This document shows positions 27,941 through 41,656 of a stretch of DNA of 64,000 bases, piece after piece. The DNA comes from Octopus vulgaris (taxonomy: Eukaryota). Position 1 is the first letter of the stretch. The number at the start of each line of letters is the position of its first letter. The stretch covers positions 130,076,001 through 130,140,000 of the forward strand of contig OX597814.1 in the NCBI GenBank assembly GCA_951406725.2. The letters run 5' to 3'. The notes under the pieces were generated by a model that ran no database searches, was not told the origin of the DNA, and worked only from the letters and a program-made list of their open reading frames with translations. The translations under genes and the position numbers were made by a program.

Positions 27941-28340
27941 AGGCGTAGGAGTGGCTGTGTGGTAAGTAGATTGCTTATCAACCACATGGTTCCGGGTTCA
28001 GTCCCACTGCGTGGCATCTTGGGCAAGTGTCTGCTAATGTAGCCGACCAAAGCCTTGTGAGTGCATTTGGTAGACGGAAACTGAAAGAAGCCCGTCGTAT
28101 ATATGCGTATATATGTATGTACGTGTGTGTATATGTTTGTGTGTCTGTGTCTGTCCCGCTAACATCGCTTGACAACCGATGCTACTGTGTTTACGTCTCC
28201 GTAACTTAGCGGTTCGGCAAAAGAGACCGATAGAATAAGTACTAGGCTTACCAACAATAAGTCCTGGGGTATATTTGCTCGACTAAAGGCGGTGCTCCAG
28301 CATGGCCACAGTCAAATGACTGAATAAAGTAAAAGAGAAA
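27941..28340 (+). mobile_element. SINE family A
   Basis: Full head, body and tail. Confidence 0.9.
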
Positions 28341-28735
28341 GTGTATCATCAAATGTCCTAGAAAAAAAGAACAGTTATGGCGAATTAATGCGGAACTTAT
28401 AGCTCTTGAATCTATCATCATATCGTGTATTTACAAATTTACAGAAAACCCTAGAAATCCTAAGATTTCCGAAGGAATAACACCAAAGGAAATAGACACA
28501 CATTCTTTGAATCCAGTCTAATCGTGAAGATTTATAAGATATTCCATAGATTCTCCATCCGACATGCTTTTGATGTATATGTGCACACACTTGGGTGTAT
28601 GCATCGACAGTTCAACCCACACACCAAATCAACCACATATTAACAAATACAGAGAACTCTCTTAACTCAAAAAGTCTTGTCGCTTTTGTTAGAGACCGGC
28701 TAGAACTTCCTTAAGAACTTATATACATACATACA

Positions 28736-28767
<32 letters not shown>

Positions 28768-28769
<2 letters not shown>

Positions 28770-28972
28770 GTTAATCCAAACATGAACAAAGAGAAAACAT
28801 AACAACGCGAGGACGTGGAACAAGTATAGTGTTATTGGATGCTCAGGAAAGGGAAGAAAGAAGGACGATTTAACGTTTCGAGCGGAGCTCTTCATCAGAA
28901 CCATAGAAAAAGGAAAGGTCCAAGGAAGGGAAGACGGCGAAAGAAAATCGCCAACGATACACACGCAGTCAC
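28768..28972 (-). mobile_element. ~200-bp non-coding hammerhead cassette (PLE pLTR/retrozyme-like)
   Basis: Reverse-complement homolog of 63800-64000; flanked by (TACA)n and (CA/TA)n. Confidence 0.7.
28868..28902 (-). ncRNA. Minimal hammerhead motif
   Basis: Minus strand GGTT-CTGATGA-A-GAGC-TCC-GCTC-GAAA-CG-TT-AAAT, with palindromic ACGT stem III. Confidence 0.7.
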
Positions 28973-29006
28973 ACACACACATATATATATATGTATATAT
29001 ATACAC

Positions 29007-29050
<44 letters not shown>

Positions 29051-29103
29051 CTCGTACTCGAGTACTCATATTAACACAATATATAACCTCCATACATTAC
29101 ACA

Positions 29104-29192
<89 letters not shown>

Positions 29193-29384
29193 GTCTGTGT
29201 GTCTGTGTGTTGTCTGTGTGTCTGTCTGTTTGTCTATCTATCTGGCTTTCTGTCTTGTACCTCACCAGCCAAAGGTACCCCGGACCACTGAATCATGGCA
29301 CAAGTTTATACCTTCAGAAAACAAATTACCAACTAATATATACCGATATCCATCATACTGTCACTCGTGAAATTAATAGAACTG

Positions 29385-29582
29385 CTACCTCGTGCAAATT
29401 AATGTGGAAGTGGCTGGGCATCCCACAAACATGCGTACCCTTAACGTAGTTCCGAGGGACATTCGGCGTGAAATGAGAAATGAAGTGCTTTGCTCGAGGA
29501 CACAATACGGTCGCTGGAGATCGAACTCACGACCTTGCGATCATGAGCCGAATACGCCTAACCACCGAGCCACGCGCCTTCA
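29385..29582 (-). mobile_element. tRNA-derived SINE (D/E-type head, different tail; internally deleted)
   Basis: GAAGGCGCGTGGCTCGGTGGTTAG...GAGTTCGATCTCC...TGTGTCCTCGAGCAAAGCACTTCATTTC. The tail resembles 18095-18135. Confidence 0.7.
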
Positions 29583-30358
29583 CAAATACTAAATCGCTAT
29601 ATGCACAGTGAACAATGAAAATGAAAACAATGACCCGCTTATTTATAGAAAGGCAATGTCGAAACGCCTGATGACCCAGGCTTTATGAATATACATTCGT
29701 CTTAAAGGAGACGTTGGTCTCCTGTGCGAATCAAATCAGTGATTTGCATATACACATTCGAATCTACCGGAATGTATTAAGAATGAATATGACAGTCATT
29801 GTTCTGATTCTAGCTTTCCACCGTGCATATGAAGACCTATTATGTTTAGACATATACGTACGCGCATATAATATATTGTATTATATTATTTCATATCATA
29901 TCATATCATATCGTCATATCATATCATATCATATCATATCATATTATATTATATTACATTACATTATGTTATATTATATTATATATGTACACGTCTGTGC
30001 ATGAATAGGCAAACAGATCTGCAGTATGATAAATTGATAAACAGATTCATGGAAAGATGTATCGAAAGATAGATGGACATAGAATATTTTTTGTATAAGT
30101 ATATAGATGAATATTGGCACACGTTTCTATGTACGTGTGTGTATGTGGGTGCATAAGTTTATATGAACGTGTGCGCATGTGTCGTTATGTCTGAGTGCAA
30201 ACAAGTAGAACCAATATATAGACAAAGAGAAATAGGTGGAAATATGTATATGTGTATAATATATGCACACATACATACATATATGCATATGTGCGCATAA
30301 ACAAGCATGCGAACACATAGGTATACACACACACATAGACAGATAGGTAGATAGATAA

Positions 30359-30431
<73 letters not shown>

Positions 30432-30617
30432 GAGGTGCATAGAGGGAGAGTATATGTAAAAGATTATATATAGTACATTGAAAACCACCAGAGACGAGAA
30501 ATTAGATAAATATATGAAAGTATCTGCATGTGGGTGCGAATGTGTTTATCATCCGTACACACAGGTGCGCGCGCACATGTATGTATACCTACATACATAT
30601 ATGCGTGTGTGTATACA

Positions 30618-30684
<67 letters not shown>

Positions 30685-30799
30685 TATATAATAATATATA
30701 TATATATATATATATATACATACACACATATATATATATATATATAACACACACAGATATATGTATACGCATATACTGTTATGTATGTAAATGCGAGTA

Positions 30800-30863
<64 letters not shown>

Positions 30864-31265
30864 CATATATACATATATTGTATGTAAGAGTCGAATATAT
30901 AAACGAGCGGACATAAATAATAGACAGATATACCCACAGAATAATATCTGATTGTGTGTGTGGGGTTTGTGTGAGTGTGTTTGTGTGTGTGAGAGAGAGA
31001 TAGAGTGTGTGTGCATGTGTTGTTGTTGTATGTGTATTACCGCTGTAATAAAGATAATGGATTCCTAAACTCTGCTGGTGTTATAGTCATTCATCATATT
31101 GCATACCACACATTGAGCTGTGTTTGAATACAAGTCTACTTGATCTTTGAATAAAGATTACCATATATATATATATGTGCCTGTCTGTTTGTGCGTGTGT
31201 GTTTGTGTATGTATATATGTATATATGTATATATGTATATATATATATATACACATATATACGCA

Positions 31266-31343
<78 letters not shown>

Positions 31344-31685
31344 GCATGTAGGTGTACGTAGACAATATCGTATGGATTCTCTCTTTCATATTTTTTTAAA
31401 TATATATTTGTATTTTTGTGTGTTTCTCATCTTTCTCTTTCAACCTAATTTGTATATTTCGAAGGAGGTACATATCCGAAACATCGTAATTAAATCTTTC
31501 CACTTTCTGAGCATCAAATATGTCTAATTTAAATCAGGTTTTTGTTCTGTTCGTCTGTGTCACACCGCGGTGTGTATGTATATATGTATGCATGTATGTA
31601 GGTATGTATTTATGCATGTATGTATGTATGTATGTATGTATGTATGTATGTATGTATGTATGTATGTATGTATGTATGTATGTAT

Positions 31686-32282
31686 GGTCAAACGTTGGAG
31701 ACTGTATCTAGAATTATTTATTTAGGAAGTAGCTTGAGCACTGCTGGTCTTGAGGATGAAATTTCATACAGAATCAGCAGGGCCAGTAGTGCTTTTGGTA
31801 GGCTTGATAGGCGTCTGTGGAAACAACATAATATATCTTCACAAATTAAAGTTAAGGTATATAACACATGCGTCCTCCTATCTTTGCTATATGGAAGTGA
31901 GGCATGGGTTGTTTACCGTTGGCAATTGGAATGATTTCATCGATACTGAGAAAAACTTTGGGGATAAACTGGAAAATGGCCATTAGCAATGTGGAGGTGT
32001 TTGAGAGTAGTGGCAGTAGGAGTATAGAGTCAATGACGTTGCAAAGACGTTTAAGGTGATGGTAGGGACATTTGGTAAGGATGAGTGATGAGCGACTGCC
32101 CAAGCAGCTATTGTATGGTGACCTGGAAGATGGTAGAAGACCAGCACATAAGCCTAAACTAAGGTTTAAGGATTGCTTTAAAAATACTCTAATACAGACA
32201 GGAACTGCAGCTGGTAATTGGGAGAGGGAGACACAAGTCCGTGATGGATGGAGGAAGATAGTGCATGATGGTTGTAGGCCTT
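31686..32282 (+). mobile_element. RTE-clade LINE ORF2 3' fragment
   Basis: Reads YLGSSLS...EISYRISRASSAFGRL...LLYGSEAW...LVRMSDERLPKQLLYGDL...KPKLRFKD. Confidence 0.85.
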
Positions 32283-32284
32283 AG

Positions 32285-33260
32285 CATGTGGCCATAAGAT
32301 ATTGTAAAAGAAATGATATTGTATTTAATGCTATAATAAACAGAATTATAGAAAGATTACCTACATGGAACATTCTCTTTGAAATATCAATTACATAGGA
32401 GGCGATGGTTCTACTCTCAGCGACAAAGGTAGAAGGTACACTTGACCAACAAATATAGATAAGTAATAGAGTGGAATACTTTCCTATAATCAATCCATAC
32501 CCTAGCAAAGTTTCTGCGATGTTTTCTTACTTCGGATAATACAGCTTTGCTTATTAAAAGCTGTTTGGCACATCTCCACACTCCCTTCATTTCATGTCCT
32601 TGCTCATCGGTCATTTTGTCATTGGACTCACAACCACCGTCGAGAAATTGATACAGTTTTTGCAAAGCTTGTACGTAATGTTTCTACAAGCAATGAGCAA
32701 AGCTTCAACGTAAGCGTAGGAGTGGCTGTGTGGTAAGTAGCTTGCTTACGAACCACATGGTTCCGGGTTCAGTCCCATTGCGTGGCATCTTGGACAAGTG
32801 TCTTCTACTATAGCTCCGGGCCGACCAAAGCCTTGAGAGTGGATTTGGTAGACGGAAACTGAAAGAAGCCCGTCGTATATATGATGCTGGAGTGTTTACA
32901 TCCTCGTAACTTAGCGGTTCGGCAAAAGAGGCCGATAGAATAAGTACTAGACTTACAAAGAATAAGTCCTGGGGTATATTTACTCGGCTAAAGGCGGTGC
33001 TCCAGCATGGCCACAGTGAAATGACTGAAACAAGTAAAAGAGTAATAACGTTTCTACAAGCATTATGTACAAGCTTGTACATAATGTTTCTACAAGCTTT
33101 CTGCCAACACGGTGGTTATAACCTTGGCTACAACATTCATTCGTGTTATAGCAAACAAATTTGATAAGTCAATCTGGCCCTCCATAATTCCTTTGAATAT
33201 ACTTATTAATTACTTTCTTTAGAAGATCAGCCTTTTGTACGAGTATCCAACTTATAGCTC
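32285..33260 (-). mobile_element. R4/Dong-like RT fragment interrupted by SINE A
   Basis: Reads QLLISKAVLSEVRKHRRNFARVWIDYRKVFHSI, the same RT segment as at 25.5 kb. Confidence 0.6.
32712..33044 (+). mobile_element. SINE family A (central microsatellite segment deleted)
   Basis: Head and tail intact; jumps from gtcgtatata to gatgctgg. Confidence 0.9.
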
Positions 33261-33327
33261 TCTACCTGCTGCCGCTATGAGGTACGTTTAAGGTCGAATA
33301 TGTATGTACTATTTATTTCATAGTAAT

Positions 33328-33699
33328 AATTACCTCCGCCTTCACTAAGGCGGGGGTATTGTTTTCAGTCGCATTTGTTTGATTTGTTTGTCCGTGGACA
33401 CGATATCTCAAGAACTACTGGATGGATTCGGATGAAACTTTCAGGGATGTTATGGTACAAACGGATTAGATTTTGGGATCGTTTCAGTACTGGAGAAGGA
33501 TTCTGAATTATTTCCCCTGTTTCTTTTTGTTTTTTTTTTAATTAATTTTTGAGCGCGGACAGGTTCACTTTTAGTATTCTAGTTTGTGAGAGTAGTTGAG
33601 CTTATTTCAGATATTCTCATTTTAAAAATCATCTCCGGCTAATCGTTGAGAAGACGTTGGTGTTGCCTTGGCAGAGGTTTGCGTTCTCTGAGTGCTCTT
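33328..33699 (+). mobile_element. Non-autonomous Helentron/DINE-1-like (HINE-type) element
   Basis: 5' hairpin acctccgcctt-cact-aaggcgggggt, then (GTTT)n, a subterminal inverted copy ccttggcagaggt, and a 3' stem-loop gcgttc-tct-gagtgc. Confidence 0.6.
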
Positions 33700-34008
33700 A
33701 TTATAATTGATATTTAACTGAATTCACTATAATATTTTTCGTTTTTATTTAATAGTCAATGAAAGTCATAAATTCCAGTGTATTCATATTGAAATAAATT
33801 TTAATTAAATTAACAAGTTCGAGGAGAAACCGCCATGAAATTGAAAAAAATAAAAGAATCTATTCTACATTTTATATTTCATCACCTTTCTCTTTCTGTC
33901 TGTCTGTCTGTTACTCTCTCACTTTCCCTCTCTCTTTTCTCTGGTTTGCAACAAATGAAATATAAAGAAACTGTGAGTGCCCTTATTAACTTTCTTATTT
34001 CGTAAAAA

Positions 34009-34079
<71 letters not shown>

Positions 34080-34104
34080 GTTCTCATGCACTAAAAATCA
34101 ACAT

Positions 34105-34146
34105 CGTACTGAAGAAGTCCACGTTACACCGAAATACGTATATCCA
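34105..34146 (+). ncRNA. Degenerate minimal hammerhead motif
   Basis: CTGAAGA (34109) ... GAAA-TACGTA-TA with palindromic ATACGTAT. Stems I and II are weak. Confidence 0.45.
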
Positions 34147-34381
34147 ACTGGAAATTTATGGCTTTTATTGGCTACGAAGTAAATTAGACACAATTCTATA
34201 TTTCAATTTTAATTACTATAGCTACGAATTAGAATAAATTTTCTCCCCCTATACAAATATAAAATGGATGGACTATTCATAATTATTTATCAGATATTAT
34301 TTTCCATTAATTTTCCACATATGTGTATATATGCGCATGCACATATACACAAATACATATATGTCTGTGAGTGTCTGTCTT

Positions 34382-34562
<181 letters not shown>

Positions 34563-35408
34563 ATAAATGGTGGCTAGACAAATAGATAGATAGATAGATA
34601 CGCACGCACACACGCTTACACTTACACGCAAGCATTATATTTGGACACAGCTATATGCACTCGCCCCATCCACATCCGATTACACATTTACATACAACAC
34701 ACTAGAAACTTTTTACGTCAAAGCGATCACATAAACACCTCTGTCGCCATACTTAGACGCATACACCAATATTCACACAGCTGTCCTTAGATTACTTTAA
34801 TTAATATTTATTTTTCTTCCTATTATTAATCAATTAACACATGGCCAGTTAACCTCTTCTCTAATTTCACTCTAATATTTATTTTTGCTTCAATGATTGA
34901 TTCTCTGTCTCCTTACTTAGTTGCACCACGTTGTAACACCAAACAATTGTACATCTCTTGTCTCATCTCTACGCATCCACACCAGTAAACGATAATAGTG
35001 TTCTGCATCCACCAATACTTGCACCTTCCCGTCTAATTAACAACTCTCCTACCCACCCTTACAATCTTCCAGCACCGCTCAATAACAGTCGCATAAATAT
35101 TGCTTGCAACATACCTGAAATAGCATTCTATTACACACACAGACACACACACGCACAGAGTAATATTTATATATAATTATTCAGAAAAACAATAAAACAT
35201 TAATTAAAGTATAATATTTATATTGCTTTAACATGGAAACGTTTGACAGTGATTTTCCTCTTAGTTTCTTCCTGTGCTCTGTTTATTAGGAAATCTACGA
35301 TAAATTTAATGTAATTAGTTCACAATTTACAGCTCTTGTGCTGTAGAGAATTAACAAATATATTTTCATGTTGTTATTCCTTTCACACAAAGAAACAGAA
35401 AGAAAATT

Positions 35409-35451
35409 ATTCTGACATGTTTCATAGTTGATTGGCCACTCCTCAGAGGAT
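35409..35451 (-). ncRNA. Minimal hammerhead motif
   Basis: Minus strand ATCCT-CTGAGGA-GTGG-CCAATCAA-CTAT-GAAA-CATG-TC-AGAAT. Palindromic ACATGT, GUC triplet. Confidence 0.65.
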
Positions 35452-36579
35452 AGTACCCGACGTTATCTTAGCCACAAGTGAAATGAATAACCAACTCTAT
35501 TTAAAACACAAAATAGCAAATGGATGAAATAGCTAAACTAATTTGCTTATCATCAATTTGTCCGTGATGTAATTAAATGATTAATAAATATCCTAAGAGC
35601 AAGCAGGCTGTATTGAAAAATCTAAGACAAACTGAATGCAGTTAGCTCATACATTTTTACGTAGAATTTATCTCTGATTAAAGTAAACAAGTATAAATAT
35701 GTGTTGTTAATTTCTTTGCACAAAGAAGAATGAAAGAAATTCATTTGAACACTACTCGTGGGATACGTACTCCTCATTCCCTTGTCTACGTTATATACTG
35801 CTGCTGATATGGTGAAGAGTGAATCTAGCACAAGGAGTGGCAGGAGTAGTAGGACGGCAGACTAAGTGTTATGAGGTATTTAGTTTTAATACCTTTACAT
35901 TCTGAGTTCAAACACTACTCAGACTAACATAACATTTTCTTCTTGCAAAGTCAATAGAATATGAAACTAAATGCTTTGTTATTTCACGCAGATTAGCATT
36001 CTGGTTTTCACAACTTTTGAAATGTATTATTTCAATTTCCGGGTTTCAGGGTGAGAAAGGTACATGTAATTTTTCTTTTTTTTTTTCACACTTTCCCAAA
36101 TTGGTCACACTGGTTAAGATTGGAAAACATTTTCACTAATGGATGGAAAAGTATATAAATAGATAAATGCACACTTACAAACATCTTTGTTCTTTTCAGC
36201 AGGAATGTAAACTATGACAGAATTACATCAAATAACCAGTGACATCACCTAAGAAAATAAAAAAATGTTGAAGCGGAAAAAGCTTCTGAGGAAGGAAGCG
36301 GATCTATAGAACTACCAGACTTCAGATTAATAAAACTTCCTGTGAACCATTTCTTCCCATTAAGTTCTGGTAATATTAGTTACAAATTTTGGCGCAAGGC
36401 CAGAAATTTCGGGGGAAATTGTGCTCAACTAGTACTTATTTTACCGACCCCAAAACGATGAAATTTCTGATATTTCCAGCCATGACTGATCTTGCTTTTC
36501 TCTCCATCACTACTGATAAAATAGTCACCCGTAGTTTACTAGGGTGGAGCAAATCGATTATAGAATATAAACCTGTATT

Positions 36580-36675
36580 AAGGCAGCAAGCTGGTAGAAA
36601 TGTTTGCGCGCCGGGCGAAATGCTTAGCGTTATTTCGTCTACCGATACGTTCTGAGTTCAAATTCCGCCGAGGCA
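36580..36675 (+). mobile_element. SINE family B 5' fragment
   Basis: aggcagcaagctggtagaaa...ttctgagttcaaattccgccgagg. Confidence 0.7.
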
Positions 36676-36867
36676 ATAAAATTCATACCTTACAAATACT
36701 GGGACTGAGTTTATATAATCAACAATAAATTACCTCTAAAAGTGTTACTCAGTCCATATGTTTGACGAAAATTAGAAGAACGACTTGTTTGTAGACACAA
36801 TATCAATGAATTAAATACTTTACAGCATTTAGAATATTATGGTTTGCTTGAAGTATAAAAATAAAAA

Positions 36868-37119
36868 TATATGCGCCCTTTTAAAGCCTAGCCAGGCTCA
36901 TGGGCCTGGTTTCCCGGTTTCAATGGCGTATATGTTCCCAAGCTGGATGGGACGCCAGTCCATCGCAGCGTTACTCGTTTTTTGCCAGCTGAGTGGACTG
37001 GAGCAATGTGAAATGAAGTGTTTTGCTCAAGAACACAACGCGTCGCCCGGTCCGGGATTCGAAACCACAATCTTACGATCATGATGCTGACACCCTAACT
37101 ACTAAGCCATGCGCCTCCA
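36868..37119 (-). mobile_element. tRNA-derived SINE, family D
   Basis: Reverse-complement homolog of 41373-41635. Confidence 0.9.
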
Positions 37120-37450
37120 TTGCTTAAAGTATAGCAATGTGAAATGTGTAAATGATATATTTAAACAATGCAGGTGAAAAGTTTGCGAAATATGTAAAGT
37201 GATGGAAACGAATGGAAAAAAAAGGATAATGTATTTCCTTGCATAGGTTATTTAATGATTCCGGGAATTATTCCTTTTGTCAAATGAAAGAAGATCCTTT
37301 AAGGCAATGTAATATCTACGATTTGGTTTTATTTATTGGCATTACCACACATTAACTTCACACCAGCATTGCTTGAAGATATTTTAAAATATTTATTTCA
37401 CTTATATTTAATTTCGTCTATCTTTGTTTTCAACTCCCGCTAGAGCTGAA

Positions 37451-37761
37451 TTCTTCTTCTTCTTCTTCTTCTTCTTCTTCTTCTTCTTCTTCTTCTCCTC
37501 CTCCTCCTCCTCCTCCTCCTTCTTCTTCTTCTTCTTCTTCTTCTTCTTCTTCTTCTTCTTCTTCTTCTTCTTCTTCTTCTTCTTCTTCTTCTTCTTCTTC
37601 TTCTTCTTCTTCTTCTTCTTCTTCTTCTTCTTCTTCTTCTTCTTCTTCTTCTTCTTCTTCTTCTTCTTCTTCTTCTTCTTCTTCTTCTTCTTCTTCTTCT
37701 TCTTCTTCTTCTTCTTCTTCTTCTTCTTCTTCTTCTTCTTCTTCTTCTTCTTCTTCTTCTC
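37451..37761. repeat. (TTC)n trinucleotide tract with a short (TCC)n insert
   Basis: About 100 units; explains the poly-F and poly-R ORFs. Confidence 0.95.
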
Positions 37762-38130
37762 ACAGTTTAATAAAATAAGTGCTTTTATTTATAAAATGAT
37801 AGGATAGCATTTGACGGCTATGTGATGGCTATTGCTAGCAAAACGAATACAGAGATTCCGATTAAAATTGATACACGAAAAAGTGCGGGCTGGCAGAATA
37901 ATTAAAGCTTCGTGCACAATGCTCTACGGTATTTTTCCGGCTCTTGAGGTTCTTGTTTCAAATCTCCCCAGGGTCAACTTTGTCTTTCGTCTTTCAGGGT
38001 CAATAAATTAAAGTACCAGTCAAATATTGTTCTTGAAAGTACCGACTAACCTCCTTCTGTAAAAAAAATTACTGGCTTGTGCCTAAATCAGAAACCATTG
38101 TATTAGCTACACAAGTTAGCAGGATTAGAG

Positions 38131-39114
38131 CAGTGGTACTCAAAGTGTTGGTGCGCGGACTGGTGCCGGTCTGCGAGCCATCAGCTGCCGGTACGCGGTG
38201 AGTTTCCAGAAAAGAAAGAAACAATAATATAATTTTAGTAATTTCGCTCTATGCATCGTAGTTAACTGTTTATCAACTGGCTGGTGGAGTTTGGTACTCA
38301 CCGACCGTGGTAGAGATTGTGTAAGTAAATGTAGTATATTTGTGACATGACAATATCTATTATATAAAATCCGTTCTGTCTGTCTGTGTGTGTGTGTCTT
38401 GTAGAATCTCGTGCATCCTCCATCCGATTGCGCTCAAATTTGATATGTAGATACCGACAGTATCAAAAATAGATTCCAGGTGAGAATACGATCGATAAAG
38501 CCGTGGGAACGTGCATTTGTACGCGCAAGTACATCAGCTGTTGCAATCGATACTACGCGTACGCGAGAAAAATGCACGTGCAGTTTGTGCAAAAAAACCC
38601 CGGCTGGCTTGAAATAATATCACAAAATGCAGTATATTTAAGAGACCAAAATAGTAAGATGCAAAAGAGATATTTTCTTCAAACTTGGCATGAAGGAAGG
38701 AAAGACTATTTGGTTTCTCAAGAAGTTTTTTTTTTTTTTGCTTTAACTTTGTCTCTTTATTTCTTCTTTTGCTGGTGTCTTAAATTTCGGTTAAATCAGT
38801 GTTTCTCAAAGGCCTATGGGACGGTCGGGCAAGCTGTTTTGAGAAAATTTGGTTTAAATGTTTGACAACTCAGCACCGGCCATTGGACGGGGGTGGGGTG
38901 GCTTTTGCTCGTATTTTCTATTTACCATAGCTTACTGGTGTAGCATTAAGTTTATATTAGTGTTTGCGCTTGTAGAAAGGAAGTTGTTTTTAGCGATGTG
39001 GAGAGATCAAAAGGAAGTGAGTTGAGCTAGTGGAGCTCTGGTAAGAAATATTACCGGTCCCTGGCACAAAATGAAACTACTGGTACGCCACATCAGATAG
39101 TTTGAGAGGCACTG
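38131..39114. mobile_element. hAT (Charlie/Buster-like) non-autonomous element with a nested Helitron-like insert
   Basis: TIRs cagtggtactcaaa / tttgagaggcactg and 8-bp TSD gattagag / ggctagag. An internal TCTATTATATAAA + (GTCT)n start lies at ~38355. Confidence 0.65.
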
Positions 39115-40376
39115 GGCTAGAGGATATATTGACCAAAATGCTTTAATAGCATTTTGTCTCACATCTCTACTTTTTTTTTTAGTTCAGTTCCTGCAAAAGG
39201 CGATCTTCATTATTCTTTTTTTCAGGAGCGATGAAATATGTAAGTACCAGTAATATACAACTATCGATTCATGTAACTATGTCACTTTCCAATCAAATAT
39301 TACTTTTGTGTCATGCGAATAAATAAATAGATATTTTCCTAAAGCAATTAAAATCTCTGAACCAACGAATGAGAGCACATGTACAAATTAGATCATTACA
39401 ATAAAATTAATATGGTACATTTGGTGTGTAGTAATGGAATATCGATTCATCGGATTGTGTGTGCGCGCGCATGTGTATGTGTGTGTGTGTGTATGTTTGT
39501 GTGAATATGATTGTGAGCGTATGATTGTGAATTTGTTAAGGATCTCTGTATGTATATCGACGTCTTCTGAGTATGTGTATGCGAAAGTACATATCGTACG
39601 AATATTTGTGCGTTTACGCGTTACGTTCGGAATATTCTTGTGACCGTGCATGTGTATTCACACGTTACGCCCTATATGCCTCTGCGCACGCGTGTTTCTG
39701 CATTTGAGTGCATTATCATGAATTCGTAACTAGATTGCTATATGTACATCAACGTATATCTCTGTATATAAGGATATTTGAAAGTGCCTATATTCATGTG
39801 TGAGTTGTGCGTGTGTGTATGTATATATATACAACAGAGTATATGAGTGCATATGAAATTCTCTGTGTGTGCTTCCGTATTTATGTATAAAGTAATTTCT
39901 GTTGTATGAGTGTGTATATATGTCTCTTTGCATTTGTGTGCGCGTGGACATTAATCTGGGACTGTAGTCGTACGTATGTTGAAGTTTCTATATACATTAG
40001 TTGTGGCATGTTCTTGTTACAATAGATGTGCTTATGTACATATATTGAACAGAGAGACCATATATACATATGTACGCATAGCTATGTTTGTATGCATCAG
40101 TTTATGCTCTAACATTTATATATTTATGCGAGTGATGTAGGGCGTATAGATAAATACACGTTGGCACATCACCGTATTCCTATTTATGTATGTATGTATG
40201 TGTTAATGTGTGAATGTGTGTGCGTGTGAATTAGTTTCTATGTTATATATGGATGTGTGAAACGTACATAAGTCCATTTTGTTCTGCCTAATTGCGACCT
40301 ACATCAAACAGAGTGAATGAGAAATCCGATACCTAATAAAATTAATAAAAATAACATTAATAATAATGGCGATAGC

Positions 40377-40407
<31 letters not shown>

Positions 40408-40529
40408 ATAGCAGCTGCAGTGTATATATGTATGCATACATGTGTGTAAATCAAACCTGTATTTATACATACACATATGTATGTATACACATTCAGATGT
40501 ATATATGCAAATATATGTAGACATACACA

Positions 40530-40530
40530 A

Positions 40531-40571
<41 letters not shown>

Positions 40572-40903
40572 GTATATATATATATATATATATATATATA
40601 CGTATATATTTGCGTATATATGAATATATTTATATTATATATATATATATACACATAAATACATATACACGTGTATGTACATATATGTGTGTATATACAT
40701 GTAGATGTATATATACGTATATATGTAGATATATATATATGGATATATATATATATATATATATCCATATATATATATATACATACATATATATATATGG
40801 ATATATATACGAGTATATATGCGTGTATTTATGTGTATATATCAATATATTTATGCATGTATATATGTATCTATATTATACTTACACACATATATATGCA
40901 TTC

Positions 40904-40940
<37 letters not shown>

Positions 40941-40954
40941 TGTGTGTGTGTGTT

Positions 40955-41008
<54 letters not shown>

Positions 41009-41025
41009 CACACACACATATACAT
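40530..41025. repeat. Compound (TA)n-rich microsatellite field
   Basis: Directly visible. Confidence 0.9.
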
Positions 41026-41372
41026 CTAATGAAAAGGTTAATACGATAAAAAAATCACACATAAAAAAAGCTATGTGCTAAAATGTCAGAATTGGCAAGA
41101 GATTATTAGTACAAAGCAGATATGTTTTAGTAGAACAAGCTCTGTTATAATGTTCTATTTAATGTGAAGAGTTATATCAATAGGGTTCACATATAATAAT
41201 TTGATATAAATATATGTAAGCATTTATTGTTGCTGACTTACTAAACTGGCACGCGTGACAACATATGGTCACATATAGATGAACACTTTTGTATGGGCAC
41301 ACATGTTACTAAGCATGTCACGAAACTGTGTGAATCTATGTTATATATGTATGTATGTATATAAACATACAG

Positions 41373-41635
41373 TGGAGGCGCGCGGCTTAGTGGTTAGGGT
41401 GTCAGCATCATGATCGTAAGATTGTGGTTTCGATTCCTGGACCGGGCGACGCGCTGTGTTCTTGAGCAAAACACTTCATTTCACATTGCTCCAGTCCACT
41501 CAGCGGGCAAAAATGAGTAACGCTGAGATGGACTGGCGTCCCGTCCAGCTGGGGAACATATACGCCATAGAAATCGGGAAACCGAGCCCATGAGCTTGGC
41601 TAGGCTTTAAAAAGGGCACATTTATTATTATTATT
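41373..41635 (+). mobile_element. tRNA-derived SINE, family D
   Basis: A/B boxes, core TGTGTTCTTGAGCAAAACACTTCATTTCAC, GATGGACTGGCGTCCCGTCCAG motif and (TTA)n tail. Confidence 0.9.
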
Positions 41636-41656
41636 ATTTTTATATAAACATACCTG

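Larger units (their letters stand above)
25370..28720 (+). mobile_element. Decayed R4/Dong-like LINE (RT to REL endonuclease) interrupted by three SINE A copies
   Basis: Reads ILINKSVLKGAKKHRQNL...YKKAFDSV, LQGDSL (25735), HKCLG, KIYVRRRGG, CKHNRPDIVKYDREQK (27868). Confidence 0.75.

Noticed and set aside
36185-36330. Acceptor-like ttcttttcag followed by purine-rich coding-looking sequence
   Set aside because: Stops in all three frames within about 50 nt and no clear donor.
37424-37807. Poly-F and poly-R ORFs
   Set aside because: (TTC)n microsatellite.
40442-41081. YI/CV/HT-rich ORFs here and at 4.2-4.7, 13.3-13.7, 22.7-23.5, 30-31.5 and 51.2-51.7 kb
   Set aside because: Dinucleotide repeats lack stop codons by composition.
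41373-41450. tRNA-like cloverleaf heads (also at 1571, 24810, 37050 and 42186)
   Set aside because: They continue into SINE cores and tails, so they are not genuine tRNA genes.
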